Notes: a model not told the origin generated them from the sequence alone. 64,000 bases of DNA from the human T2T-CHM13v2.0 reference genome, Homo sapiens (GCF_009914755.1 NC_060925.1); one strand, 5' to 3'. Positions 13,331 through 26,802 are shown, counted from the first letter of the stretch. Translations and numbers: made by a program.

Positions 13331-13919
13331 CCCTTTGAGGAGCACTTTTTTTTTGGTCCCACACGCTTCAAAACTGTTGAGGAGCACTTTTAAGCACCTT
13401 CTATTACATACCCCGGACCAACCATCCCAAGCCTACATTGAGCAACCTTCAGTAAACACAGTGTGAAAGTAGAAAAATTCAAACTGTGTTTCTCCTCTGC
13501 TTTCACACCACAACAATCATCGCAGAAGACTTCTGTGATGAACAGAAGTCTGTGTGACCACAGAAGTCTTCTGTGACCAAATGTGTGTGGGTCTATCCTC
13601 ACACAGCAAGCAAGCGAGCAGTTCTGCAGTGGATACCAGCTGGGCTCCCTCCAATTCTGTTCCAACACTATCTACCTGGCGATAGCAGTAGAAACCACAG
13701 GTTGAGGGCTCAGTCTCACAAAGCTGCCCCTACTTCCTACCAGTCGCAAGTCTGGGCCTCAGAACTTCCGACCAACTGACTTCAAGTTGGGATTCCTACG
13801 ATCCTCTCTTTGAAGTCCATTGATTTGCTAGAGTGGCTCAAGGAACTCAGAGAAACACTTACGTTTAACTGGTATATTATAAAGGATATTACCAAGCATA
13901 CAGATGATGAGGTGTATAG

Positions 13920-14385
<466 letters not shown>

Positions 14386-14635
14386 ACATGATTAATTAAA
14401 ACACTGGCCATTGGTGATCAATTTGAGCTTCGGCCCTTCTCTTCTCCCCAGATGTTGGGGGTGGGCTGAAAGTCTCAACCCTCTAATTATGACTTGGTCT
14501 TTCCAGTGACCAGGCCCCATCCTGAAGCTACCAAGGGGCTGTGAGCCACTAGCCAATTACTAACACATAAAAAGACAGCACTTTGGAGATTCTAAGAGTT
14601 TTAGGAGTTGTATGTCAGGAAGAGGGGTTGAAGAC

Positions 14636-15065
14636 TGACATGGTTTGGATGTTTGTCCCCCCCAAGTCTCAGGTTGAAATGTAATCCCCAGTGTTGGAGG
14701 TGGGGTCTGGTGGGAGGTGATTGGATCACGGGGGCGGCAGGGGGATCCCTCATGAATGACTCAGCACCATTCCCTTGGTGATGAGTGAACTCTCACTCAG
14801 TTAGTTCTGCCTCGTGAGATAAGGTTTTTTTTTAAAGTGTGCGGCACTGTCCCCTTCTCTCTTGCTCCCTCTCTTGCCATGTGATGCGCTGGCTTCCTCT
14901 TCACCTTCCAAGATGATTGTAAGCTTCCTGAGGCCCTCACCAGAAGCAGATGCCGGCACCATGCTTTGTGTATAGCCTGCAGAACCACAAGCCAAAATAA
15001 AACATCTTTTTAAAAAAGTTACTCAGCCTCAGGTGTTTATAGCAACACAAGAACAGACTAACACA
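14636..15065 (+). mobile_element. MaLR solo LTR (MSTB/MSTA-like) nested in MER21
   Basis: TGACATGGTTTGGATGTTTGTCCCC...ACAGACTAACACA; perfect 5-bp TSD AAGAC at 14631-14635 and 15066-15070; AATAAA near 14996. Confidence 0.85.
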
Positions 15066-16539
15066 AAGACCAAATATGTGTTTCACAATGTCACACACAG
15101 TATTTCCATTCCTCTCTAAACCCCTCTTCTTTCAGCTCACATTGCAGAGGCCTCGCCTGGCCTAATGCCTTGGCCAGTCAGGACTGGTAATCACAACAGC
15201 TTGAAAAACAAACTAGATATTCTACCATCTCTAGAAGTTCAAGAACCAAGTCTCTGATCTTAGAGAGTTTCCCTTAAGTGTAAATGGATATTCTTCTGCC
15301 TGTGATAGAGGCTAGCAAGCCTCCTCTTCCAGCCAGTGCTACAAGAGGTAGGGAGTGGCCACACGCCAGGCAGCAAGGCTGTTTGTCTTCTCCTAGCCTC
15401 CCCTCTCCAGCGTTCTGCCTGAAGAATGAAATCAATTAGAGAGCATCAAGAGCAGGAGAGCTCTTTCCCCATTCCCTTTGAAATTCCTTGTTAGGACACT
15501 GCTTTGTAGATGGCCCCGCACCACCATGTTTAAGAGGGCAGAGCAGTGTGGGGAGGGCACCAGGGGACCTGGTCTGAGAACCACTGGTGCCATTTACAGA
15601 GAAGAAACCAGAAGAAGCAAGGAATCTGAAAGACTCCTTTATCCCAAAGTCAAAAATTAAGCCTAAAGAAACTGCTTAAATAATTGTATCAGACTAGTTT
15701 TAAAATCTATTGAGCTAAAATTATTTTTTTCTCTCTTGCTACCCAGCAGGTGAGGGCTCATAAGGGAGATCAGGGTGATTAAGAGAAAAAAGAAACTATA
15801 CATTCTTTATGCATGTGAGCGGAGTGAGTAATTTTGCAACCCTGTTTACACATGAAGGGTAGGCAGATGTGAGTTTCAGCAGTCAAAATCAGAAGCTGAG
15901 GTTGCTGCATCTGGCTTACTCCCCTCTCCATAACAGCAGAATGTGGGATTTCCAAGACCTTTCTTGAGGGCCTGGTCTCTCCTCAGTGAGGTCCACATAC
16001 TTATATTTAGACCATGTAAGAACGCATTCATTAACCTCGATGACAATGTTCAGTGTGGGTAAACCACCTGCTTCTCTTTGGTGAGGCCGGTGATCACCGT
16101 GGGATCTTTTGTATCCAAGAAGTTGAATTTCAGCCACTCTCTAATTTCAACCACACCCATTGTCCTGGGTGTCCAGGACAATGACCATACCAGAGAGTGG
16201 TAACCCACTGCTGAGAAAGGAGATCCTTGTCTATGATCACCCCTCACTCCTAACACAAGAGGAAGATGCCAAAGACCAGCTGAGGAGAAGGAAAGGGAGG
16301 AATAAAGCTATGTAATGACTAAGGAGGACTAAGAGATTTTACTGAATAGACTTATCTAGCAGGTTAACGCGAATGGGGGTAAAGGGATTTGGTGCTTTCT
16401 GTGGCTGAAGGTTGCTATTACTCTAGAAATGGAAAATGAGAAAAATATCTCCTTCTCCAAGTAGAGAAACAAACACTCAGGAAAAAACTCACCCTTCCTG
16501 TCTATGTACCATCTTCCCTGATGACAGGTAGCAGAAAGT

Positions 16540-16765
16540 ATAGTTGAGAGGTGCCCAGGTTTGAAAGTTCAAATCCCAGTTCTGCCATTTCTCTCCTGTG
16601 TAACCTTGGACAAGTTTCTTAGCCTTTTTGTGCCTTTCATTTGTAAAAAAGAGAAAATAATAATACCTTCCTCATGGGATCGCTGGAGGGTTAAATGACA
16701 CATAAAGCCTAAAGTACAGCTCCTGGCATGTGATAAGCCCTCAATAAATATGGCTATTATTATTT
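16540..16765 (+). mobile_element. MIR
   Basis: GTTCAAATCCCAGTTCTGCCATTT..TGTAACCTTGGACAAGTTTCTTAGCC..CTCAATAAATATGGCTATTATT. Confidence 0.75.
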
Positions 16766-19700
16766 TTATAACAAGGGTAAGAGGAATATGATTTCAAAGG
16801 TCCATCTAGTTTAAGGCATGTGTAAATTTACTGACAAGTGATTCAGGGTAAACTTTAATTGAATTTTCAATAAACAAGCCATAGGGTTTCTTCCTCCACA
16901 GTCTATGACCCTTCACCAGGACCTGCATCCCACACCCTGGAAAGAAATGTGTTCATTCAGTGAATTAGATCCTTTAGCCAAACAGCGTTTGCAAACAACT
17001 GCTTGGCATCCTGACCCTTTCTGTCACTGAGGGTGTTCTAATAACCATGTTGGGTAAGAAGACAGTACCCACCTGTGGTCCCTTTCTTCTTGTAGGTTAT
17101 GTTCAGGATCAAGTCAGTCTTCATTTGAAATCGGCACTTCAGCAGGATAACAGGAAAGAAAGAGGATTTTGGAGTCAGGAAGCTCTGGCTTTTAAATTTT
17201 GGTCTCATGGTTTCCTAATTGCAAGAGCCAAATAGTTATCTTTAAAAATGGGGATAATAATATCTACATAGTAGGGGCTTGTAATGGAGGATTAAATTAA
17301 ACTATTTATATATAGTGACCAATATAGAGTTGGCACTCATTAAATGTCAGTTTCTCTTCCTCTTTCCCCTTTTCCTGCTGAGACACAGAGTTAGACTACT
17401 CTGTGGGGTGGGACATTCATCAGGTGGTGTGTTGGTTTATTTTTCTCCCACTTTTCTGAAGCAAGAGATCATGAAGATGATGGGAGGAAACAAACATCTA
17501 CTGCTCTAACCTTTTCAACCTAGTGAACATTGTTCATCCTTCTCTTCTGCCACTTAAAAAAATAATCAAAGTCCAGCTGACACAGAGTTATTTAGCTACT
17601 CTGGCCATTTTTATCAACCTAGAAATAAGTATCCTGTTTATTTCTATTAAAGGTGGATACAAATAAGACCTCAGGAAAATCTACCCCAGTATCTACACGT
17701 TATGCCCCTTTCCAAAGTTGAAGGGATATACCTAACACCCAAGGGGGCAGGGCAAGTGAAGTGTGTGGTCAGGCGTGGCCATGGCACTGTGATGCATCAT
17801 TATCAAGGGAGGACATAGTGTAAGTCCTGCCAGCTCTTTCCAATCCAATCACCTCTCCTTATAGTAATTCACAATCACAGAGCCCTTCTTCCCCTCTTAG
17901 ATTCCCATTCAAGCACCCAACCATCAAACTCACTGAGGCTTCACCCTACTTCCCCACCTACCCCATTCTCTTCAACTGCCAGAGGGCTTTCCTGAGATGA
18001 AGCAGAGGCTGAGAACCTGGGGCCCTTGGACGAGAGACTTAGCTACTGACACATACAAGTGCTGACACTGGAAAGTACCAGTGCTGAATCAAAAAGCCAC
18101 TTCCCAGAGACGACATGAATGTTCAAGGTTTGGTTCCTGGAACGCCACCGATCTGGTCCTGAACCTTGAAGCCAACATCTTACCTCTGTCCTTCCATGCC
18201 TCAGTTGCCCAGTATGTGGGAAGGGTAATGACAACAAAGGAAAATTGCCACCTATCGCCCAACCTGTCATCACTATAATTTGAATGACTTGGCCAACCTT
18301 AGAATGCTGTGGAAATTAGTTTACTGGGGACTCTGAGATGAAAGGTGCCAAGTTTGGCAGAGCTGAAGCCATTGGTAGGATGTTCTGGGGTGCACTGAAG
18401 ATTCAACAGAATGTTCCTTTAGCTTGTAAATTGAACTTTCATTTTTGTCAAAGTAGAAAATTTTAGGTAACAAATATTTCATTTTTTCCTTTGTAAAATG
18501 TTTTCTTCTCTCCTTTCCCAAGTTCGGGGCATGACCAGTTGTGTTGGAATACGAAACCCACTCCTCCCAGTTAAAATGTTCACAATTGCAGTTTAAAAAA
18601 TGACGAACATCTTTTAGATTATTTTTCATACCATGCCTACTAAGGGGGTACTATCTAGCTTTTAAAAAAACTTCCTTCTCTTTTTAACAAAACAAAAAAA
18701 ATTTGCAGGATTGCAACTCTGTGAGATCCTGCCCAACTTTGACCCTGAAAGCTGTCTTTGCCTCCAGCTACATTTTCAGATGACCTTCATTTCAGACTCA
18801 TTTTAGAAATGTAGACATTTTGCTCCTGGGCCACTTACTCTTTGCCTCTCTGCTTAAACTTCAAGAGTATAAAAGGAAAAGTTTGCAAAGATCATTTACA
18901 ATGTGCCATCCCAAACCTCTCATGTAAGTGATGCAAAGCAGGCTCCAGTGGGCCTTGGTGTCTCTGATGAGAGGAGCAACGTGAATGCGGAGGAAGTGGG
19001 TAAGTGAGAAGAGGCCCTGAGGCTGCGGTGGTGACTCTACCAGCAAAGTCAGCACCTACAGACTGATGAAGGCAGCAAATGGGCTTGTGTAGTGCTCCAC
19101 AGTGAAGCTGCCCTATCTGTGAGCATCAGGAGAGCTGACAAGCCAAGTTTCTGCACACTGTGCACTGCTAAATGCTGTCAGTGACACAGGCATGCTTTAA
19201 AGTCAGGCGACTGTTTCTTGCAGGACTAAAGCCTCTGCCTCACTCTCACCTGCTCAATGCTTCCCCTCACTGCCATGCTTTGATCCAAATTCTTCTTGTG
19301 AGGGGACTCCCCATTACATTCTGCTTTTTTCTACTTTAACTTAATTCCCAGTGGCAGGATGTCCACAGTTCAGCTTATACCCTTAAAATATAAAAACAAA
19401 ACAAAAAAGTCATCATTATCATCAAAATAATTTTTAAAAACAGTTCCCCACCCCTGACAATTTTGGCTTGGATTTCTTTATAATGCTACAGCTTCTACCC
19501 ACTTCTTACCTTGTATTTTCATTTATCTTCTTTGGTGCCCTTTTCCTTGTTCTTCCTTTTGGGCCAATCTATTGACAGCCACCCTGCAAAATGGCAAGGA
19601 GGTGAATTTCCTTTCTTATAAATTCATCCTCAAAATAATTGCATGATTAAAACAGTTGTGGGCCCTCTATCAAGAGTAATCAGCAATGTGCTTTGAAGCC

Positions 19701-21883
19701 TGGGGTCTGCTGACTCTCTGATGGCACCTGGGACCATGTTTATCTCCATTTATATGATTCGGCCACCACTCTGCCTCACTGGGTTCCCTGATGTTAGATT
19801 GCTTTGAGGTCTTTTGGGAGAGGAAGACCTACCACCAGAGCTTCAAGTTAGTGTGACAATTCTCCATTGAACTCAGACAAGAGACTGACATGGTTTCTTG
19901 CCAGGCAGCAATTAGTGACTACAGGACTGAAGTGGTTTCCAAGATTCAGGATTTGCCTAGTAGTTGTAAGAGGTAACAGCCAACAGGAGAAGAGGAGACC
20001 CAAACCCAGACTATGCTGTGAAGTGTAGGGCATGACTGGTATTCTAAGGAAGGTAGTTTCCACATTTTTGTGGCTTGTGAATCACTTTGGCAGGATAAAA
20101 TTTCCCAAGGGCCAATTTACCCGACCGATTACCACTTGCCAATGCAAAACCAAATAAACGTACATATGTTTATTGGGAAGAAAACCAAAGCTTTGGAGAG
20201 GACAGGGACAATGTCTTTGGATCCCCAGGGCCTAATGGTCTCAAAAAATATTCACTGAGGTCATCTGATTCCTCTGAGAGGCTAAGCATACATAATTTTC
20301 CAATCATTTTGGTCTTCGTACTATATTCAGAGAGTGAATCTCTGTGTTAAGTACAACCAGGTGATGGACAATGGGTGGACTGAATTTTTCATTTTTATCA
20401 AGCATGGTATGGAAGAAGCAGCAGTAGCCTGACCTTCTCAACTGCTTGGAATTCATGGATTAATTTACTGATGATTTGTTAAAGATGTTTCTGTCTTGGT
20501 AGGTGAAGAAAGGAGGAACTAAAGTGGTCACCCAAAAAGCCAGAAATCCAAACACTGTTACAGGCCAAAGTCTTGGCCTAAGAACAAAGAAAATTAGGCA
20601 ATAGGATTGGGCTGTGCCTTTCTGAAGTCATGTCAGCAGTCTCCTGGGCCACAGCTTTGGCTTGCTCAGATGCAATTTGTTCAGGCAGTGCAGCTGGGGG
20701 CAGCAGGGCTTCAGCTACAAAAGTGTTGGCTGGTAAGAGAAAATCAAAATAATCCCCATTAAGTTCCCATTATCTTAAAAATGAGAAACTCTAATGAGAG
20801 GCTTCCAGAGCAAGCTGAGCAGCAGGAGGGCACCTCTGATGGATGCTGTCCTCTGTAAGGATGTCACTGTCGTCACCAGGGGCAAGCTGAGGGCCCAAAT
20901 GCCTCTGCGCAGTTTCCCTGGAAGCAGCCAAGATTGATTAGGCACCCCAGGACTCAGGAGCCATAAGAAAAGACAGAGAAGCAGGCCAGAAGCAAGGCTG
21001 GCATGGAAGGAGACCCTTGACCTGAAGGGTGATCATCTTTAACCCTGAATTCTGTTAACTGTTTCTCAGAAACTCTCTCTGAATCTATTTAACTTTTATA
21101 GTCCTGGATTCTTTTAGGTGTGGTGTTGCCTAAAGACAGGTAAAATGCCCCCTAAGGGAATTCCTCACCTCTATGGTTCTAAAACTGGGTTCTCGTCATA
21201 TTTCAGGATGAGGAACCTTTAAAAAAAAAATGCCTTCATTCTCAGAGCACGAAGAACCTTTTATAAGAAGAAGGTAGCTGGAGAATGCTTATTCTCCTGG
21301 CAAATAGCAACTGTGGAAACACTATTTTCATATAGACCTGGCAAACAGCTTCCAGTATTTTCTGTCCAAATACTACATCTCCTCACCAGCTTTGCATGTA
21401 TCTTGGCACTGCACGGCCCAGTAGTACCACATCATTTCATGGCACTGAGCCAAGAGTGTGCCCAGCCGTGCTTAGCACCATACAGGGAGTCTGCAGGGCC
21501 CTCCAAGCTCCCACCACCACACTCCTACTGGAGCAGAAGGGGAGATTATCAGGCAGCAAGTCACGGTGTTGTTATTATTACCCTGATGTGTAATAAATCT
21601 GTGTGGTGCAATAAATTAAGGCAAGGCTCTGTTCTCACTTTACAGGCTGCCGATAGTTTTATTGTAACAGCTCAAAGATGTGAGTTTTCCTTTTTAGGCA
21701 GAGTAGAGGAAGCTGTGAAATTTGAAGAGAGAACAAAAGCATACTCGAATGTAGTTTGTAAAACAGGTATTGTACAAGAACTGGCTCATCAGGACATCCA
21801 GCACCTAATGTTTTTCTATTTAATGATATTAGAGAACAGTGAGGCCTTACAATGGCCACAAGAGTTCATTTGAATTCATTTTC

Positions 21884-21885
21884 TT

Positions 21886-21922
<37 letters not shown>

Positions 21923-23777
21923 TTGATTATTCTTGGGTGTTTCTCGCAGAGGGGGATTTGGCAGGGTCATAGGACAATAGTGGAGGGAAGGTCAGCAGAT
22001 AAACAAGTGAACAAAGGTCTCTGGTTTTCCTAGGCAGAGGACCCTGCGGCCTTCCGCAGTGTTTGTGTCCCTGGGTACTTGAGATTAGGGAGTGGTGATG
22101 ACTCTTAACGAGCATGCTGCCTTCAAGCATCTGTTTAACAAAGCACATCTTGCACTGCCCTTAATCCATTTAACCCTGAGTGGACACAGCACATGATTCA
22201 GAGAGCACAGGGTTGGGGGTAAGGTCACAGATCAACAGGATAAGAATTTTTCTTAGTACAGAACAAAATGAAAAGTCTCCCATGTCTACCTCTTTCTACA
22301 CAGACACGGCAACCATCCGATTTCTCAATCTTTCCCCCACCTTTCCCCACTTTCTATTCCACAAAACCGCCATTGTCATCATGGCCCGTTCTCAATGAGC
22401 TGTTGGGTACACCTCCCAGACGGGGCGGCTGGCCGGGCAGAGGGGCTCCTCACTTCCCAGTAGGGGCGGCTGGGCAGAGGCGCCCCTCACCTCCCGGACA
22501 GGGTGGCTGGCCGGGCGGGGGGCTGACCCCGCCACGTCCCTCCCGGACGGGGCGGCTGGCCGGGCGGCGGGCTGACCCCCCCACCTCCCTCCCGGACGGG
22601 GCGGCTGGCCGGGCAGAGGGGCTCCTCACTTCCCAGTAGGGGCGGCTGGGCAGAGGCGCCCCTCACCTCCCGGACGGGGCGGCTGGCCGGGCGGGGGGCT
22701 GACCCCCCCACCTCCCTCCCGGACGGGGCGGCTGGCCGGGCGGGGCCTGACCCCCCCCACCTCCCTCCCGGACGGGGCGGCTGGCCGGGCAGAGGGGCTC
22801 CTCACTTCCCAGTAGAGGCGGCAGGGCAGAGGCGCCCCTCACCTCCCGGACGGGGCAGCTGGCCGGGCGGGGGGCTGACCCCCACCTCCCTCCCGGACGG
22901 GGCGGCTGGCCTGGCGGGGGCTGACCCCCACCTCCCTCCCGGACGGGGTGGTTGCTGGGCGGAGACGCTCCTCACTTCCCAGACGGGGTGACTGCCGGGC
23001 GGAGGGGCTCCTCACTTTTCAGACGGGGCGGCTGCGAGGCGGAGGGTCTCCTCACTTCTCAGACGGGGCGGCCGGGCAGAGACGCTCCTCACCTCCCAGA
23101 CGGGGTCGCGGCCGGGTAGAGGCGCTCCTCACATCCCAGGCGGGGCGGCGGGGCAGAGGCTCTCCCACATCTCAGACGATGGGCGGCCGGGCAGAGACGC
23201 TCCTCACTTCCTAGATGGGATGGCGACCGGGAAGAGGCGCTCGTCACTTCCTAGATGGGATGGCGGCCGGGCAGAGACGCTCCTCACTTTCCAGACTGGG
23301 CAGCCAGGCAGAGGGGCTCCTCACGTCCCAGGCGATGGGCAGCCAGGCAGAGACGCTCCTCACTTCCCAGACGGGGTGGCGGCCGGGCAGAGGCTGCAAT
23401 CTCGGCACTTTGGGAGGCCAAGGCAGGCGGCTGGGAGGTGGAGGTTGTAGCCAGCCGAGATCACGCCACTGCACTCCAGCCTGGGCACCATTGAGCACTG
23501 AGTGAACCAGACTCCGTCTGCAATCCCCGCACCCCGGGAGGCCGAGGCTGGCGGATCACTCGCGGCTAGGAGCTGGAGACCAGCCCGGCCAACACAGCGA
23601 AACCCCGTCTCCACCAAAAAAATACGAAAAGCAGTGAGGCGTGGCGTCGCGCGCCTGCAATTGCAGGCACTCCGCAGGCTGAGGCAGGAGAACCAGGCAG
23701 GGAGGCTGCAGTGAGCCGAGATGGCAGCAGTACAGTCCGGCTTCGGCTCGCATCGGGAGAGGGAGAGGGAGAGGGAG
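21884..23777 (-). mobile_element. Full-length SVA retrotransposon: short CCCTCT hexamer, Alu-like region, GC-rich VNTR, SINE-R, AAAT-patterned tail
   Basis: (GGGAGA)n 23755-23776; Alu-like ~23400-23750; VNTR ~22415-23395; SINE-R end TGGGTGTTTCTCGCAGAGGGGGATTTGG; (TTTA)n tail; perfect 13-bp TSD TGAATTCATTTTC at 21871-21883 and 23778-23790. Confidence 0.98.
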
Positions 23778-24519
23778 TGAATTCATTTTCATATCAATGT
23801 CTCACTGCTGAGTTCTGCTGAGCTGACCTCTTGCACTAGACTTACAGTGCTTTCTTTTGGTGATAAACCTGAGCGATTTTAAGATCACAAATTGGTTCTG
23901 GAACTCATTAAAGTCAGCAAATGAGCATTAAAAGATACTTGCACAGGCTGAGTTTGTGCTAATCTGTCTATTTAGGCAATTACAGCTCAGAGGATGAACA
24001 GAGGGGCGGTGAGAAAGAACCCTCCAACTCCCAGCAAGATGATCCATTTCAGATGTCTGTCAAGGATGCACATGCCCTGGCTTTTCTTCCTTTACACCTT
24101 GAACCCTGGGTGCAGGAGGCAAGGGAAGGATTTGAGAATGCTTCACCTCTACCCTTTGCCAGGTTCAAAGCCCAAGTGAGACCTTCAATCAGGTCCCTGG
24201 CACACCTGACACTTCATTATTATTATTTTTTTTAATCAAAAGCCCACTTCTTTGGTAGCAAATGCTATTTCTATTCTCTGTTTTAGAACTTGACCCTTAC
24301 TTTTTTTTACTTAAATGTTAGTCATTCAAGATTTCTTAACCCTTTGGTTACAGAGTCTTCCATCTTTTTCTTCTGTCTTCATCTAGGCTCATAGGTTATT
24401 TCTCCCTAAACTAGACACACTGGGTGCTGGTGCTCCGCTCTGTGTCATTGTGGCCCCTGAACAATGGGAGGCTATTGAGCACAGAGTTGATATTCAATAT
24501 GTAAATATTGATTGACTTT

Positions 24520-24823
24520 TTTTTGTTTTTTGAGATGGAGTCTTGCTCTGTTGCCAAGGCTGGAGTGCAGTGGCATGCTCTCGGCTCACTGCAACCTCCG
24601 CCTCCTGAGTTCAAGTGATTCTCCTGCCTCAGCCTCCTGAGTAGCTGGGATTACAGGCACGCACCACCATACCCGGCTAATTTTTGTATTTTTAGTAGAG
24701 ATGGGTTTCACCTTGTTGGCCAGGCTGGGTTTCACCATGTTGGCCAGGCTGGTCTCAAAATCCTGACCTCATGTGATCCTCCTAAAGTGCTGGGATCACA
24801 GGCATGAGCCACCACATCTGGCC
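24520..24823 (-). mobile_element. AluS with internal 24-bp tandem duplication and short deletion
   Basis: Alu reverse complement; TSD TGATTGACTTT at 24509-24519 and 24824-24834. Confidence 0.95.
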
Positions 24824-25410
24824 TGATTGACTTTCAAAATTGCCTTCTAGTTTATTCCGTAACCACCAGCTCTACTAATTTAGTTTAACATCATTCACGT
24901 ACTGCTCTGAAAAACTATACGCCCCTTATGACCTTACAGCCAAAAATGATTGACTCCCTTGGTAATCCTCCTTGCAAAACCCTAAGACTCACCCCCTCAC
25001 TCTTCCTTAGAAAAATACTATATTCCTTTGCTTGAGTCTCATTTATTAGCAGCAAATGCTAACACAGGAAACTTCATTCTCTGAGTTTACATATTCTTGT
25101 GAATTCTATTTTTCTCTCTTATTTTTCCCCTAATACAGTCTACCCCTGGCCAATCTATAACAATCCTAATCAGTAGAAACTCTGGAAAAACTGAGGTCAT
25201 AATTTCTGAATCTGGTTTGAATTTGGAATTTGCTCCCTCAGCTCAAAATTAATATTGTAAATTTACTGCAAATGTGTTTTCTACTTTTCGGACTCAGCTA
25301 GTAGTTTTATACACAAAGTTTGCTATCTGGCTTAACTAGTTACTGAAAGAAAAAGGACATCTCCAGCTCCTTTTCTGGCCTTTCTCCTATTCCACTACTT
25401 CCCTCCACCC

Positions 25411-25411
<1 letters not shown>

Positions 25412-25453
<42 letters not shown>
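25412..25453. repeat. (AC)21 microsatellite
   Basis: Perfect dinucleotide run. Confidence 0.97.
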
Positions 25454-25455
<2 letters not shown>

Positions 25456-26404
25456 AACACCAGTCACTGAAGATGGGGAAGATGGAGTTCTTCCTTGAAT
25501 TCCCCTTAGGTTGTATCATTGTTTGGAAGTTATTGGTTCTTATCCAAAAGCAGACGTGGACAGAGTAAGGAGTTTTAGCTCAGCCATATAAAGTAGCATA
25601 AGCCCCAGGCTTTAATCTTCCTGTAAGGCTGCACTGGTATATAGTCGTTCTTCTACTGAATATAACAGATCCATATTAACAAGCATTTATTGAGTGCTTA
25701 CTTTGAAAACCAGTACTCTATTGTCCCTCATATTATCTCATTTAATTTAATTGTTGCTCTTTAAGGTAGTATTCCCATTTTATAAATGCGAAAGCAAATA
25801 TTCAGAAAGTGACTTGTACTGAATGGAAGAAACATATTTTTTTTTATTCCAAGCCCATTGCCCTTTCTTCTTGTTTGATTTTTAACTTTGTGATAATAGA
25901 GCTCTATTACAAGAACTGGAACTGTCTGTACAGTTGGTTATTCTTAAATGATCTACACAGAGTGCAGAAGTCCTATTACGACAAATCCTATTACAACAAA
26001 TCCACTGTAACAAAACCTCTTTCTAAGAAAATCCCATTCTAGAGCTGTCATTGGCTCCTAACTTTTATCTAGTAAACATTCAAGGAATATTTTGTAAAAG
26101 TTTGCCCAAATTTCTCACTGGAAATTTTGTGCTTAGGATGGCTTCAAAATTGGGTTCAAGTATCAGGCACTAAGGGAAGGAACAGGAAACCTGATGATAT
26201 TGTACAATGTTTGGTGTGTATTCCTTTATACCATAAATAGTGAGTCTAAAAGTTGTGTTAGCTCAGTTTGTTGTAAAGTGACAGTACCATGGAAATAGAA
26301 GGGAATAAAAAGCTCCACTTTAGATTTTTTTAAAGTTACTTGAATCATAATGTCAATTTAAAAAAAGTAATTTGCTTAATGAATAACGGTTTATCTTTCC
26401 TATA

Positions 26405-26643
26405 AAAATAGCTAATAGTTTTTGAGCACTTATGCTGTATCAGTTAACATTGTAAATTTTTAAATGTATTATTTAACCTTCACAACAACCCTGTGAAGTA
26501 AATGTTATCCTAATTTTACGCACAAGGGAACTGAAGCTCAGAACGGTTAAATAATTTGCCCAAGGTCACACAGCTGGTAAGAAGCAGGATCAGAATTTGA
26601 ACTCACGCTGTGTGACTCCAGAGCCTACATGTTTAACCACACT
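26405..26643 (-). mobile_element. MIR
   Basis: ACCTTCACAACAACCCTGTGAAGT..GGGAACTGAAGCTCAGAACGGTTAAATAATTTGCCCAAGGTCACACAGCT. Confidence 0.8.
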
Positions 26644-26802
26644 TAGGGTTGCCAGATAAAATATAGTTACACTGGATTTTTGGGTAAACAAATCCTAAAT
26701 ATTTCATGGAACATATTTTTACTAAAAGCACATTTTTTGTTTATCTAAATTCAAATTCAACTGGGGATCCTCTATTTTTATTTGCTAAATCTAGCAACCC
26801 TA
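26644..26802. mobile_element. hAT-type MITE (MER53-like)
   Basis: 14-bp TIRs TAGGGTTGCCAGAT / ATCTAGCAACCCTA (1 mismatch); perfect 8-bp TSD ACCACACT at 26636-26643 and 26803-26810. Confidence 0.9.

Noticed and set aside
22415-23395. Repeat-spacer-like array (CRISPR-like appearance)
   Set aside because: It is the SVA VNTR; there are no unique spacers or cas genes and the context is primate DNA
14500-23600. A lncRNA (LINC01160) that I recall lying upstream of RAP1A
   Set aside because: Its exon structure and strand cannot be supported from the sequence alone, so it is not listed as a feature
21839-23792. Many ORFs within the SVA
   Set aside because: Translations of SINE-R, VNTR and Alu-like sequence; SVA is non-autonomous
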